Shown here: positions 16,707 through 26,710 of the stretch, in pieces
How the letters are laid out: the number at the start of each line of letters is the position of its first letter
Position numbering within the stretch: the first letter of the stretch is position 1
NCBI GenBank assembly: GCA_021734665.1
Contig: JAIPIN010000003.1
Span: 1 to 47,658 of the forward strand
Length of the DNA: 47,658 nucleotides
Source: Kiritimatiellales bacterium
GTDB lineage: Bacteria > Patescibacteriota > Gracilibacteria > Peribacterales > Peribacteraceae
Direction of reading: 5' to 3'
Position numbers and translations under genes: made by a program
The notes under the pieces: model-generated
Told to the model about the DNA's origin: nothing
Seen by the model: the letters and a program-made list of their open reading frames with translations, nothing else
The model's database searches: none

Positions 16707-19700
16707 TTAGTGTACATCAACCGTTCTGGTCACCCACTCCTCTTCTACACCATTTCTATTTTCTGTAACTAGACGAATAGTGTATGTACCCGGACGTTCT
16801 GCTTTCCATGGACGTACATATATCCCCTGTCCATCTGATAGATCCAAAAGTACTTCATCTTCAACTAGAACATTACTCTCGATAATAATACGAATACGAT
16901 TCAGATCTCCACCCAAAGCAGGAACGTCAACGCGAATATCTACAACCTCATTAATTCTTATATCCAACAGGGACTCGGGCGGTTCTAACATGCGTGGTTC
17001 TGCAGCAGAAGGGGTAACTGGTGCTGGCCCACCATCACCAATAGTGATTTTAATGCTGTCTTCAGCTTTATTTTTGGCAAGATCCTCTGCCACTGCACGA
17101 AGTATATACACACCATCTGGAAGTCCAATCATATATGTAAGCTCATAAGGCTCCTTTGGTTTTGTAGATAACAATGTATCTCCAAGATAGAACTGAACGA
17201 ACTTTATGGCACCATCTGGATCGCTTGCCTCTGCAAGCATAGATACCTCTTGCTCAGATTTAATAGAGATGTCTTTACTTGGTTTTATCAAGCGAATGAT
17301 CGGATCTCGCTTATCTTCATCAAATCGGAATGAGACAGACTTAGTAACTTCATTAAAATACTCATCGATCAGAGTTACAGACAAAGAATGCACACCACTC
17401 TCTGCAACCGATCGTGGTACGCGCATCGCATTATCAAAAGGTGCTTGTGTATAAGATGCAACTTGCTTGCCGTCAACTTTGTAAATTACTTCTCGCACAT
17501 TAGAACCAACATTAACATCTATCTTAGGTCTAAATGCAGGGTAAGATGCAATTCCTCCGGCTTGTGGATAAGTGATGGACAGTTCCGGAAGCACCAATCT
17601 GCCTGGAGTAAGTGCTGGATCACATTCCTCTGTTGGTGCTATTGGCAAAGGGATAATCGCACCAGAATGCGTTTCATCCGCGTACCATTTTTCCATTTGA
17701 TTTGCTATCCATGCCTGTACTCCTTCCTCCCACAATGGCCAACGATCAGGAAGTATGCTGCGAGCCGCAAGGAAGCTGCCAGCCTCCTGCGCTTCTACTG
17801 GACACTTATCAGATGCAAGCAAGTGTGTGAGCTTGTCTACTATTAGCTCTTTGCAACCTGGATCCATCTTAGTTGGGGCATTTTCTTCTAAGAATACATC
17901 CGCACGACGCAAATTAACTGGTGTACATTTTGCTGGAAGCTCACCAGAAAGTAGTGAGACCTGTGGCTGTACTACTCCCTCTGGAACCTCGAATACTTCT
18001 CCGTCTTTTTCTATTAAACGGTGCGCACGCATCATGTAATCGCGCCAAATTGGACTGGCAGTGTTTAGCCCTCCCCCCTTATCGAACATAGAAGAACTAT
18101 CCGCATTACCAACCCAAACACCAGTAACAAGGTGAGGAGTGTAACCTAGTAACCATGCATTATCGGGCTTGCGCAGTAAACAAGTGTCTTCATCCTTCCA
18201 TTCCAAACATTTATTACTTGTCCCAGTTTTTGCAGCAGTCTGATATCCAGGCACTGTGAGTTGTGTCTTCCAATATTCTTCTGGACGAGCCCACTCATCA
18301 CTAAGCACTGATGTAATTTGATATGCAATACGAGGATCAATTACAGGTATTGGCTTCTCCTCCAAGTCAGCCTCAAATAGAATATTCCCCTTTTTGTCTG
18401 TAATACGCCTGATACGAATCGGAGGAGAATATTCCCCGTCGGCAGCAAATGTTGTATATGCCTGAGTCATCTCGAAGAGTGGAGTTTCCGCTGCACCAAG
18501 GGCCAAAGGCCAACCATAATCAAAGCCATCAGGACGTTCTTCGTTGAGCTCTTGGCGACGCTGCTTAGGGCTTGGCGCACCCATGTCTTCCACCAAATTC
18601 AATATACGATCTTCTCCACCTGCTAAGAAGAATGCTTTAGCAGCTGGGATATTACGCGAAGCACCAAGTGCCTGACGCATAGTCATAAGTCCTTTGAATT
18701 CTCCATCAAAGTTTTGTGGCTCGTTGTCACCAATTTTAGTTGGCACATCAAAAAGCACTGTTGCTGGACTGTATCCTTGATCGAAGGCTGCCGCATAAAC
18801 AAAAGGTTTAAAGCTTGAACCTGGCTGGCGTGGAGCCAAAGCCATATCAATCTTTCCACCGTGCTCCTCGTCTGAATAATCCATATTGCCTACATATGCC
18901 AATACCTCACGTGTATCTGGATCAATAGTTACCAATGCCATATTGTACGCACCGTAGCGCGTGAGAATATCTTCACGATGGAATTCGATTACTTCTTCTG
19001 CAGCTTGTTGCAAATCCCAATCCAAAGTCGTTTCTATAGTCAGCCCGCCCTGTTCAAACAATCCTTCTTCTGCACTGCCTGCAAACATTTGCTCTATCTC
19101 TTCGCGTACCCACAAAACAAAATGCGGTGCACGAATGCTTTCTCGTGATGGTTGGAATTCCATCATTTCTATTTCACCAAGCGCTTTTAGTTTCTCCTGC
19201 TCAGTAATATAACCTTGCTCCTGCATGTTTTGTAGAACCTGATCTGTGCGACCTCCTATATATAAAGTAGTACTTCCTGTTCCAATGTACGAACCAAGCA
19301 ACCCAATTGTAACGCTTTCATTTGGAACCTGAGTTGAACGTGTAATACTTCCATCTATTACCTTTTGATGCATTTCGTCTGTAACCTCCGTATATAGATG
19401 ACGACCATAAGGACTGAAATATGTAGGGCGCTGTGGAAGTGATGCCAGTACTACAGCCTGATCAAGCGAGAGATCCTGAGCTGAAATCCCAAAATAAACT
19501 TGGCTGGCTTGTTCTACTCCATATGCATTATGACCAAATGGAATCCAGTTTAGATACAATACAAGCAGGTCATCTTTTTCGAATTTGTGTTCCAACTGGC
19601 ATCCCAAAATTACCTCTTTAATTTTGCGCTGATAACGATTGTCTTCAAATAGATTTAACGCATTACGTGCCAACTGTCTTGTAATAGTTGAACCTCCTCC

Positions 19701-20228
19701 AGCACGCCCAAGCAGCAGTACTGCACGAGCTATGGCTCGCATATCCAAACATCCACGTTCATAAAAGCGCTCATCTTCAATAGAAATTGATGCCTGCTTC
19801 ATTACAGTCGGTATCTGATCGCTCTCTACATACGTTCTATCTTCCTCGGAGAAAAGACGATATAACTCCACTCCTTCCCTGTCGGTAATTATAGTACTTT
19901 GCGATGCCAAGAAACTCTTTGGATCTTGTATATCTGGCAAAGTAATCCAAATGAACAAAAAGTAGAGTATAAGGAAAGCAATAAACCCAACTACACTCTT
20001 AATAAAGAAGCGCTTCCATTCTCTTCTATTGCGCGGACGATTTTTATAAAGATGCGCAGCTGCCTGCTTAATGGCACCAGAGGATTTCTGAGATTTATAT
20101 GGTGGCCGCGGAATTTGCCTGCGTGCCTTAATGCCATATTGTCGAGCTGACTCTTCTCTTGTCGACTTATCGGCACGGCGGCGCGAATCAGGATCATTCT
20201 CAAGTGGGCGTGTTTGAAAACCGTTCAT
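16707..20228 (-). CDS. Class A penicillin-binding protein (PBP1A-like) with C-terminal Ig-like domains
   Basis: EDERFY and GGSTITRQLARN (transglycosylase). RQPGSSFK, SRN and KTGT (transpeptidase). Start at 20228 or 20255. Confidence 0.92.
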   Translation of the reverse strand: MNGFQTRPLENDPDSRRRADKSTREESARQYGIKARRQIPRPPYKSQKSSGAIKQAAAHLYKNRPRNRREWKRFFIKSVVGFIAFLILYFLFIWITLPDIQDPKSFLASQSTIITDREGVELYRLFSEEDRTYVESDQIPTVMKQASISIEDERFYERGCLDMRAIARAVLLLGRAGGGSTITRQLARNALNLFEDNRYQRKIKEVILGCQLEHKFEKDDLLVLYLNWIPFGHNAYGVEQASQVYFGISAQDLSLDQAVVLASLPQRPTYFSPYGRHLYTEVTDEMHQKVIDGSITRSTQVPNESVTIGLLGSYIGTGSTTLYIGGRTDQVLQNMQEQGYITEQEKLKALGEIEMMEFQPSRESIRAPHFVLWVREEIEQMFAGSAEEGLFEQGGLTIETTLDWDLQQAAEEVIEFHREDILTRYGAYNMALVTIDPDTREVLAYVGNMDYSDEEHGGKIDMALAPRQPGSSFKPFVYAAAFDQGYSPATVLFDVPTKIGDNEPQNFDGEFKGLMTMRQALGASRNIPAAKAFFLAGGEDRILNLVEDMGAPSPKQRRQELNEERPDGFDYGWPLALGAAETPLFEMTQAYTTFAADGEYSPPIRIRRITDKKGNILFEADLEEKPIPVIDPRIAYQITSVLSDEWARPEEYWKTQLTVPGYQTAAKTGTSNKCLEWKDEDTCLLRKPDNAWLLGYTPHLVTGVWVGNADSSSMFDKGGGLNTASPIWRDYMMRAHRLIEKDGEVFEVPEGVVQPQVSLLSGELPAKCTPVNLRRADVFLEENAPTKMDPGCKELIVDKLTHLLASDKCPVEAQEAGSFLAARSILPDRWPLWEEGVQAWIANQMEKWYADETHSGAIIPLPIAPTEECDPALTPGRLVLPELSITYPQAGGIASYPAFRPKIDVNVGSNVREVIYKVDGKQVASYTQAPFDNAMRVPRSVAESGVHSLSVTLIDEYFNEVTKSVSFRFDEDKRDPIIRLIKPSKDISIKSEQEVSMLAEASDPDGAIKFVQFYLGDTLLSTKPKEPYELTYMIGLPDGVYILRAVAEDLAKNKAEDSIKITIGDGGPAPVTPSAAEPRMLEPPESLLDIRINEVVDIRVDVPALGGDLNRIRIIIESNVLVEDEVLLDLSDGQGIYVRPWKAERPGTYTIRLVTENRNGVEEEWVTRTVDVH

Positions 20229-20397
20229 AAGATTACGAGATCGAAAGTGTAGCATATTTAATAAAGTGAGAATGATATTTTAGTATCTTTGCGAAAGGGC
20301 TTTTGGCTTATTAACAATTAGCTATTTAGCTAAATGCCAATAGCTATAAGCCCTCTGAGCTTTGTTACCATATGCCAAAACATGCTATACTTGACAT

Positions 20398-20730
20398 GTG
20401 CTGACCCGTTTCCGTTACACAAAGGCCCTCTTCCTTGCTCTAATTCCACAAATAACTTTGGCTTATACTAGCGGAGGAATGAATGTACCCAATGGCAACA
20501 AAACGATTATTGATGTAATCCATAATGTAGGAAATATTCTGGTTGTTACAGGTTGGACTGTATGTACAGCTATATTTGTCGTGGGCACGTTCTTCTATAT
20601 TATTTCGCTTGGAGACGATCAGAGAAAAGGATACGGAAAAGGCATGATGATTGGTTCGATTATCGGTGCAATTATTATTGCTAGCGCCAAAGGAATCATG
20701 AATACGGTGTTGTTCTTTGTATATGGATAG
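20398..20730 (+). CDS. TrbC/VirB2-like pilin-type small membrane protein
   Basis: Signal-like N-terminus ending in TLA, then two hydrophobic helices separated by GDDQRKGYGK. Confidence 0.6.
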   Translation: MLTRFRYTKALFLALIPQITLAYTSGGMNVPNGNKTIIDVIHNVGNILVVTGWTVCTAIFVVGTFFYIISLGDDQRKGYGKGMMIGSIIGAIIIASAKGIMNTVLFFVYG

Positions 20731-20759
20731 TACGGATTATATTTAATATGTGATCATAC

Positions 20760-20856
20760 AAAAGTGAATAGTGAAAAATGAATAGTGAAAAATGTGAAAA
20801 TTTTGAAGAATCGATAAATTTGCATCCATTTTTAACTATTAACTTTTCACTTATTC
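20760..20856. repeat. Inverted pair of 7-mer arrays (AGTGAA[T/A]) / ([T/A]TTCACT)
   Basis: aaagtgaatagtgaaaaatgaatagtgaaaaatg ... catttttaactattaacttttcactt. Confidence 0.8.
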
Positions 20857-20924
20857 CTAATTCTATATAAAAAGAGGGTTTTATTCCTATACAAACCTTA
20901 TCGTACGATATACTTGTGTGACCT

Positions 20925-21527
20925 ATGACAGATAGCCACGATTCCACAGCAAATGTACTAGAACGCCTAGAAAAAGCAGAGCAGCTCAAAATCATGGGCG
21001 AACACAAAGAAGCTCTGACAATTTTAGAAGAACTACTAATAGAAGATCCGCAGAATATTTCGGCTTTGGAAGAGGTAGCAGATAATGAATTAAGCTTGGA
21101 ACATTTTGGCAGAGCCAGCAAAGCTGCCAAGCAAGCTATCACCTTAGACAAGGATAGCTACACAGGATATTACATATTGGGCTTCTTACATTCTCGCAAG
21201 GAAGAATGGAACGAAGCACTTAAAAATCTGCAAAAAGCAAATACGCTTAAACCAAATAATCCAGAAATTTTGCGATGCTTAGGTTGGGCATTATTCAATG
21301 GAGGACAACGAACTCAGGGAATCGTAACACTGGAACGTGCACTAAACTTAGATAGTGAAAATCCACTCACGCTCTGTGATTTGGGAGTTACACATCTACA
21401 AGTACACAACTTTGTAAAAGCTAAAGCTCTATTCCTCCGAGCACTTGATCTGGATCCAACCAATAACCGTGCAAAGGAATGTGTGGAAGCTGTAGAAAGA
21501 TTAGAGAAGACAATGGTTAAGAAATAA
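20925..21527 (+). CDS. Tetratricopeptide repeat protein
   Basis: 34-aa periodic LG...A...A..L.P pattern, about 5 repeats. Confidence 0.9.
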   Translation: MTDSHDSTANVLERLEKAEQLKIMGEHKEALTILEELLIEDPQNISALEEVADNELSLEHFGRASKAAKQAITLDKDSYTGYYILGFLHSRKEEWNEALKNLQKANTLKPNNPEILRCLGWALFNGGQRTQGIVTLERALNLDSENPLTLCDLGVTHLQVHNFVKAKALFLRALDLDPTNNRAKECVEAVERLEKTMVKK

Positions 21528-21624
21528 ACCTAGAAAGTTTATTAGGTTCAAATTAATTCAGATTTGTTTTATATGTAAATGAGAAACCTAATAAACGTAA
21601 TATACTTAACCAACCTAATAAGCC
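21526..21624. repeat. Inverted 9-mer arrays (TTTATTAGG / AACCTAATA family)
   Basis: Same family as 34098-34198 and 35335-35465. Confidence 0.7.
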
Positions 21625-21679
21625 TTTTTCCTAAAGTATAATCTTATAATTCACTCCAACTTATACTATAATAATCACC

Positions 21680-22648
21680 ATGCTTCGCATGGATCCAAAT
21701 ATTACCCTGCTATACAAACGGGGAATCATCATGGGAATCCAGAGCACCTTTAGAGAAAGGCGCTGGTTCGCAGCATTTGGTGCATTATTTGGAGTACTGC
21801 TGATGCTGCAGATTCTCCTATTTGGGCTGCTTGGCATGCAAACAATCGAATCTGTTCTGCTTTCGCGTACTGATCTTAAAATTGAATTACGACAGGATGC
21901 AAATGATCAAGATCGCCAAACATTTTTTGCACAACTCAATGAGCTTCCTTATGTAAGCGAAGCTGTTTATATAACACGCGAACAAGCTTACGAGCATGCT
22001 CGTCTGCAGGATCCTGAACTTATTACATTCTTGGAGAAATACAATATGGGCAATCCATTCCAAGACACGATAGGTATAACTTTGCGATCGCTGGATGACT
22101 ACACTCCGTTTGCATCATTCATCGAACAAGAATCTTACCAAAATATAATTAACCCCACTCACCTCTCTCAAATTACACAACAAGAAGCAGAATCTAAAGA
22201 ACTTTTGCGCTTTGTAGCCGCAGGACGATCATTAGCATTCCTTGTTCTTATACTGGCAATAAGCGTTCTTATATTTATTGTTACTGAACTTGTTCGAAGG
22301 CGCGCACTCGATAGAGCGGATGAGGTTTTTGTTGAACAACTTGGAGGCGCACATCCTTTGACTATATTTCTACCATTCGCGACCGAAGCAACACTTCTAC
22401 TTTGGGCTGCCATAATAATGAGTGGAGTAGCGCTTGTATTAATACTTGCAGTCACTCCATCTGTATTTCCAGCATTCCAAGGCGCCGTAATGGAAGCACT
22501 TGGCACAGAGTTAGCCCAGAACTTCCGTGGATCTATCCCGCTATTATTACTAGTCGAATTTATTTCTGCCCCAATTCTAGCTAGTTTAGGTGCATGGATA
22601 GGGGTGTGGCCAACTATTAAATCAAAGGTCTTATCTGCTTCTGCCTAA
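21680..22648 (+). CDS. FtsX-like cell division permease
   Basis: N-terminal TM, extracytoplasmic domain with YITREQA and NPFQDT, then LGGA..I..PF..E and three C-terminal TMs. Confidence 0.7.
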   Translation: MLRMDPNITLLYKRGIIMGIQSTFRERRWFAAFGALFGVLLMLQILLFGLLGMQTIESVLLSRTDLKIELRQDANDQDRQTFFAQLNELPYVSEAVYITREQAYEHARLQDPELITFLEKYNMGNPFQDTIGITLRSLDDYTPFASFIEQESYQNIINPTHLSQITQQEAESKELLRFVAAGRSLAFLVLILAISVLIFIVTELVRRRALDRADEVFVEQLGGAHPLTIFLPFATEATLLLWAAIIMSGVALVLILAVTPSVFPAFQGAVMEALGTELAQNFRGSIPLLLLVEFISAPILASLGAWIGVWPTIKSKVLSASA

Positions 22649-22649
22649 A

Positions 22650-22761
22650 CAGAAAGAGACAAAAGAGTAAAAAGATATAAAAGATAAAAAGGATCAAAAA
22701 TTGTGCAGCATCATATCCTTTTTCTCCTTTTCCTCTTTTATCTCCTTTTGCCCTTTTTTCC
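22650..22761. repeat. Inverted pair of ~9-mer purine/pyrimidine arrays (AAAAGAGNN / NNCTCCTTT)
   Basis: Purine arm 22650-22700 and pyrimidine arm 22715-22761, starting right after the stop codon. Confidence 0.75.
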
Positions 22762-22796
22762 TGATACACTCGCACTGATTTTTCTCCTTCTCCCCC

Positions 22797-23402
22797 ATGC
22801 CGCATAGCTGGACCTACGAGGCAATAGTTCTTAAGGCATACGATGTCGGCGAAGCTGACCGCTTCCTAGTCCTATTTACGCGCGAACGTGGTCGAATTTC
22901 TGCTCGAGCACGAGCTGTACGAAAGATGAAGAGTCGACTAGGCGGTTCCCTACTCCCATATCAACATATAACTGTAGGACTTACCGAAGGAAGTGCTGGA
23001 ATGATAGTTACATCTGCCCAATGCAAATCTGAAACTGAAATCACTTCTACCAACTCTTTTTTGTTCATAGAACAGGGAATAGAAATATTTTTGTCACTAA
23101 TCCAAGAAGAAGAACCTCTCCCAGAAATTTTGGATCTTACTATAGAATTTATAAAAAAATGTCAGACAGCAGAATGTGATCCTGTACTACCATTCGTTAT
23201 TAAACTGCTTGCGATTATGGGGCTTTCGCCAGATGCCAAAGCTGAAGAGGAGAATGAATATATTAAGAAATGCATTCAAGGAGAATGGAATAGCCCAAAA
23301 GGTCCAACAAAAATAAGATTAAAAAGACTATGCGCAGCAATAATTACAGAACAAACCAGCAAAGAATTTAAAGTGGCAAAGATCGCTTCGCAAATGAGGT
23401 AA
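22797..23402 (+). CDS. recO: DNA repair protein RecO
   Basis: AIVLK..DVGEADR....FTRERG.I...A..VRK.KSRL.G.L. Shortened C-terminus. Confidence 0.9.
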   Translation: MPHSWTYEAIVLKAYDVGEADRFLVLFTRERGRISARARAVRKMKSRLGGSLLPYQHITVGLTEGSAGMIVTSAQCKSETEITSTNSFLFIEQGIEIFLSLIQEEEPLPEILDLTIEFIKKCQTAECDPVLPFVIKLLAIMGLSPDAKAEEENEYIKKCIQGEWNSPKGPTKIRLKRLCAAIITEQTSKEFKVAKIASQMR

Positions 23403-23407
23403 ACTAT

Positions 23408-24691
23408 TCACCCCCCCAACCAACTCGGTCGTTCATCTGGCGCATCCACAATTCCAATCTGGATATATTCTGGGCGCGCCTCGTAAACTGAGTAAACTGG
23501 TTCCACTATTTCTTCTTCCTCATCTTTTTTTACCACACGAAACCAAGCTGCTTTTAATCCTCTTACACGACCACCCGCTTTACGAGTAGTTCCTGCTGGG
23601 ATTTCGGTTGTGTACTCTGTGCGATCTGGCGGAGGGCTTCTGTGATCCCAAGTAAAAGGCCCAATAATTTCTGAAGCTCTATTATCTTTTGTACCATAAT
23701 AGATATAGTAAGCCTTGTTTCCATCTGTGTAAGTTTGAATTAGCAACGCACCAGGACTATCGTTAATGAACTTCATATCATAGTGCGGAGGATAGATTGT
23801 TGCATCTGTTCCTTGCGGACTATAGTAACTAACTGCAAAACTATGATTGCGTCTTTTGCTTATCGGGAAGCCATATTCCCACACTCCCCTGTACGCAGTT
23901 GTACTGACCTGACAAAGTCCCCCACCATATTCCGGTAATGTCTTATCTCCTAGAATTACAAGCTCGGGCTTGTATCCTGTAGATCTGTTAACAGGGCCGA
24001 GTATCTCGTTAAAAGAAAATTCAGCACCTTGTTCCACTAAAGCACCGTTGAATTTGTTTAATCCAACATTAATATTATGCTTTCTGGCCAATGGCGAACC
24101 GCTGTAATCAGATTCACCTACTGTTACCACTTCCTTAATTCCAATTTTTTTGAGAGATGAATCAATAGTCATTTCTGGTTGAATTTCGTCTACCGGAAGA
24201 ACTATGTCAGATACATTTTGACCTAGTGCAGCAATTGTAACCTCTACTGCTTCATCTAATCTTACTCTGCGCCCTGTTAATCCAACTCCTTCAAATACAA
24301 TGCCACCTGTTGAACTCTTTTTGATAACCACAGAGCCAGGTTCACGATCAATTACTGATGAAACTTTGTCTTGTAACGTTCTTCGGATTACATCTTTGTC
24401 CCATCCTGGGACAGAATGACGAACTACACCCTCTGGCAATGCTGGAATTGTATCGCCATCCACAAGAAATTCAGCCAATGGCTTAATAGGATCGCCGCGA
24501 TAAGTCCATTCCTCTGTACTAGAGTACCAATCTGCATATTCATAAGGTTCTAGGAATATTAGATAATGATTGTGTCGAAAAGTGAGAGTAGGTGAAGCAG
24601 CTGATGCTACAACTGGCATGAGCAAAGTTACAAGTGCCAAGTACCAAGTGCCAATTTGGAACTTGATTTTTGGAACTTGGAACTTATTCAT
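23408..24691 (-). CDS. VanW-family exported protein
   Basis: FSFNEILG, YGGGLCQVSTT.YR, RRNHS, DAT, D.KF.N. Start at ATG 24691, overlapping the rnhA stop. Confidence 0.88.
   Translation of the reverse strand: MNKFQVPKIKFQIGTWYLALVTLLMPVVASAASPTLTFRHNHYLIFLEPYEYADWYSSTEEWTYRGDPIKPLAEFLVDGDTIPALPEGVVRHSVPGWDKDVIRRTLQDKVSSVIDREPGSVVIKKSSTGGIVFEGVGLTGRRVRLDEAVEVTIAALGQNVSDIVLPVDEIQPEMTIDSSLKKIGIKEVVTVGESDYSGSPLARKHNINVGLNKFNGALVEQGAEFSFNEILGPVNRSTGYKPELVILGDKTLPEYGGGLCQVSTTAYRGVWEYGFPISKRRNHSFAVSYYSPQGTDATIYPPHYDMKFINDSPGALLIQTYTDGNKAYYIYYGTKDNRASEIIGPFTWDHRSPPPDRTEYTTEIPAGTTRKAGGRVRGLKAAWFRVVKKDEEEEIVEPVYSVYEARPEYIQIGIVDAPDERPSWLGG
24625..24686. repeat. Inverted pair of 7-mer arrays (CAAGT[G/A]C / TTGGAAC) within the VanW signal-peptide codons
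   Basis: Same family as 1225-1293. Confidence 0.9.
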
Positions 24692-25244
24692 AATGTGGAG
24701 AAGGATGTTCATCCAATGCTTTATTAACCAACTCATCTGCTTTGTAATTATCAGCACGAGGAATGTGATGGAATTCAACCAGAGGCATTTCTAAAACTAA
24801 TTCCTGAATCTCCGCAAAGAATTCCTTAAGCGCTGGCATCTTCACGCGATACTCCCCCTTTAATTGCTTAACAATCAGCTCAGAATCTAAAAAACAAACA
24901 AGTCTATTTGGGTGATAACGCTTGGCAATCTTTAGGCCCTCAATTAAAGCACGATACTCAGCAACGTTATTTGTCTCTATCCCTATACGCTCACCATGTT
25001 CTCTTATTACTTTCCCCTCCGCTGGATCTTCTATAATAAGACCTATCGCTGCTTGTCCTGGGTTACCACGTGATCCGCCATCTGTAAAAAGATGCAATGT
25101 CCCGCCCACTGCTTTTATTTCTTCCTCAGGATTTACATTATCAAGAGCATCGGTAACAACATCTGCAACAAACTTGTCACGTTCACGCACACGAGGAAAT
25201 AATTCTGCTAGTTTACGCTCTAATGATGCAGGAAGCTTTACCAT
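24684..25244 (-). CDS. rnhA: Ribonuclease HI with N-terminal extension
   Basis: TDGGSRGNPG, TNNVAEY, DSELIV.Q..G.Y.VK, HIPR..N..AD.L. Confidence 0.9.
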   Translation of the reverse strand: MVKLPASLERKLAELFPRVRERDKFVADVVTDALDNVNPEEEIKAVGGTLHLFTDGGSRGNPGQAAIGLIIEDPAEGKVIREHGERIGIETNNVAEYRALIEGLKIAKRYHPNRLVCFLDSELIVKQLKGEYRVKMPALKEFFAEIQELVLEMPLVEFHHIPRADNYKADELVNKALDEHPSPHYE

Positions 25245-25350
25245 AGCTACATTCTAACATTATTTTGCCCATTCTACCCTATACACAAGCTTGCTAATTA
25301 TCCTAAGTTCTATGTTCTAAGTTCTATTTACTAAGCTATACTACGCAGGT

Positions 25351-26607
25351 ATGTCAAAAATCTTCAGAACAGGAACCTTGTTTTTGCTCCCACTTATCAC
25401 TCTTTTCTTGGGGTGGCAGATTGGTGCAAGTTACGAACAGAAAAATTTAGTAGAACTCTCTGAGCAGCTTGAGCTTTTGTATACAGGCAAAACAGCAAGT
25501 GGAACTATTTTGGGTGAGCCAGAACAGGAGGTAGATCTATCGTTACTTTGGGGTGTTTGGAGATTACTTCTTAAACACTACATAGTTGAAGATCAACTCA
25601 ATCCACCCGAGATGGTTTACGGTGCAGTTGGAGGGTTGGTTCGTGCCATTGGTGATCCATACACAACATTTATGACACCAACAGAAAACCAGCAATTCAC
25701 ACAATCGCTACAAGGAAAACTAGAAGGTATAGGAGCAGAACTAACAATGCGCGATGGAATGGTGGTGGTGGTTGCTCCACTTAAAGGCTCCCCTGCTTCT
25801 AAAGCAGGATTAGAACCAGAAGATATTATTACAAAAGTAGACGGTGAAGATATCCAAGGAGAAACTCTGCACCAGGTAGTACAGCGCATCCGAGGTCCCA
25901 AGGGATCTAATGTGACATTATCCATAATACGCGAAGAAGAACCCGATCTTATGGAAATTGATATAACTCGAGCTAGTATCACCGTACCTAGTGTTGAATA
26001 TGAAATTAAAGAAACTGCAACTGGCTCCGTTGGCTACATTCAGCTAAATCAATTTGGTGAAGACAGCGTGAAGGAAGTTAAAAATGCACTTAAGGATCTA
26101 CGCAATGAAGATCTACAGGGCTTGATTATGGATGTTCGCTTTAACGGTGGTGGATATCTGGAAGGTGCTGTAGATATGGCATCTATGTTCCTAAAGGAAG
26201 GAAAAGTTGTAACAGTTGAACGTAGAAACGGAGAGCCATCAAACCATTACGTTTCTGGTCGCCCATCTGATCCTGATATTCCATTGGTCGTTTTGATTAA
26301 CGAAGGCTCTGCAAGCGCATCAGAAATTTTGGCAGGTGCATTGCAAGATGCAAATCGTGCAACCATTATCGGGAAAAAGAGTTTTGGTAAAGGAACAGTT
26401 CAAGAAGTCTTTGACCTGCCAGGTAATGCATCAGTTCGAATTACAGTAGCAAGATGGCTTACTCCTTCAGGAAGAGACTTGGGGAAAGATGGAGTGCATC
26501 CTGATATAGAAGTTGAACGTACACGTGAAGATGTGGCTAACCAAGAAGACCCACAGCTAGATGCTGCGCTAGAGTTACTTCTGGATGGGTCAGAATCAGC
26601 AAATTAG
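25351..26607 (+). CDS. ctpA: Carboxy-terminal processing protease (S41A) with PDZ domain
   Basis: DPYT, GIG, D.R.NGGG, SASASEI, FGKGTVQ. Confidence 0.93.
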   Translation: MSKIFRTGTLFLLPLITLFLGWQIGASYEQKNLVELSEQLELLYTGKTASGTILGEPEQEVDLSLLWGVWRLLLKHYIVEDQLNPPEMVYGAVGGLVRAIGDPYTTFMTPTENQQFTQSLQGKLEGIGAELTMRDGMVVVVAPLKGSPASKAGLEPEDIITKVDGEDIQGETLHQVVQRIRGPKGSNVTLSIIREEEPDLMEIDITRASITVPSVEYEIKETATGSVGYIQLNQFGEDSVKEVKNALKDLRNEDLQGLIMDVRFNGGGYLEGAVDMASMFLKEGKVVTVERRNGEPSNHYVSGRPSDPDIPLVVLINEGSASASEILAGALQDANRATIIGKKSFGKGTVQEVFDLPGNASVRITVARWLTPSGRDLGKDGVHPDIEVERTREDVANQEDPQLDAALELLLDGSESAN

Positions 26608-26710
26608 CAGTTAGCATGTTATCTAATGGCTAATATTGCTAATTGCTTTTACTATTAATACTCGAAAAGTTCATCTGAACTCATTTACCACGCATCTTTT
26701 TATAATCCCC

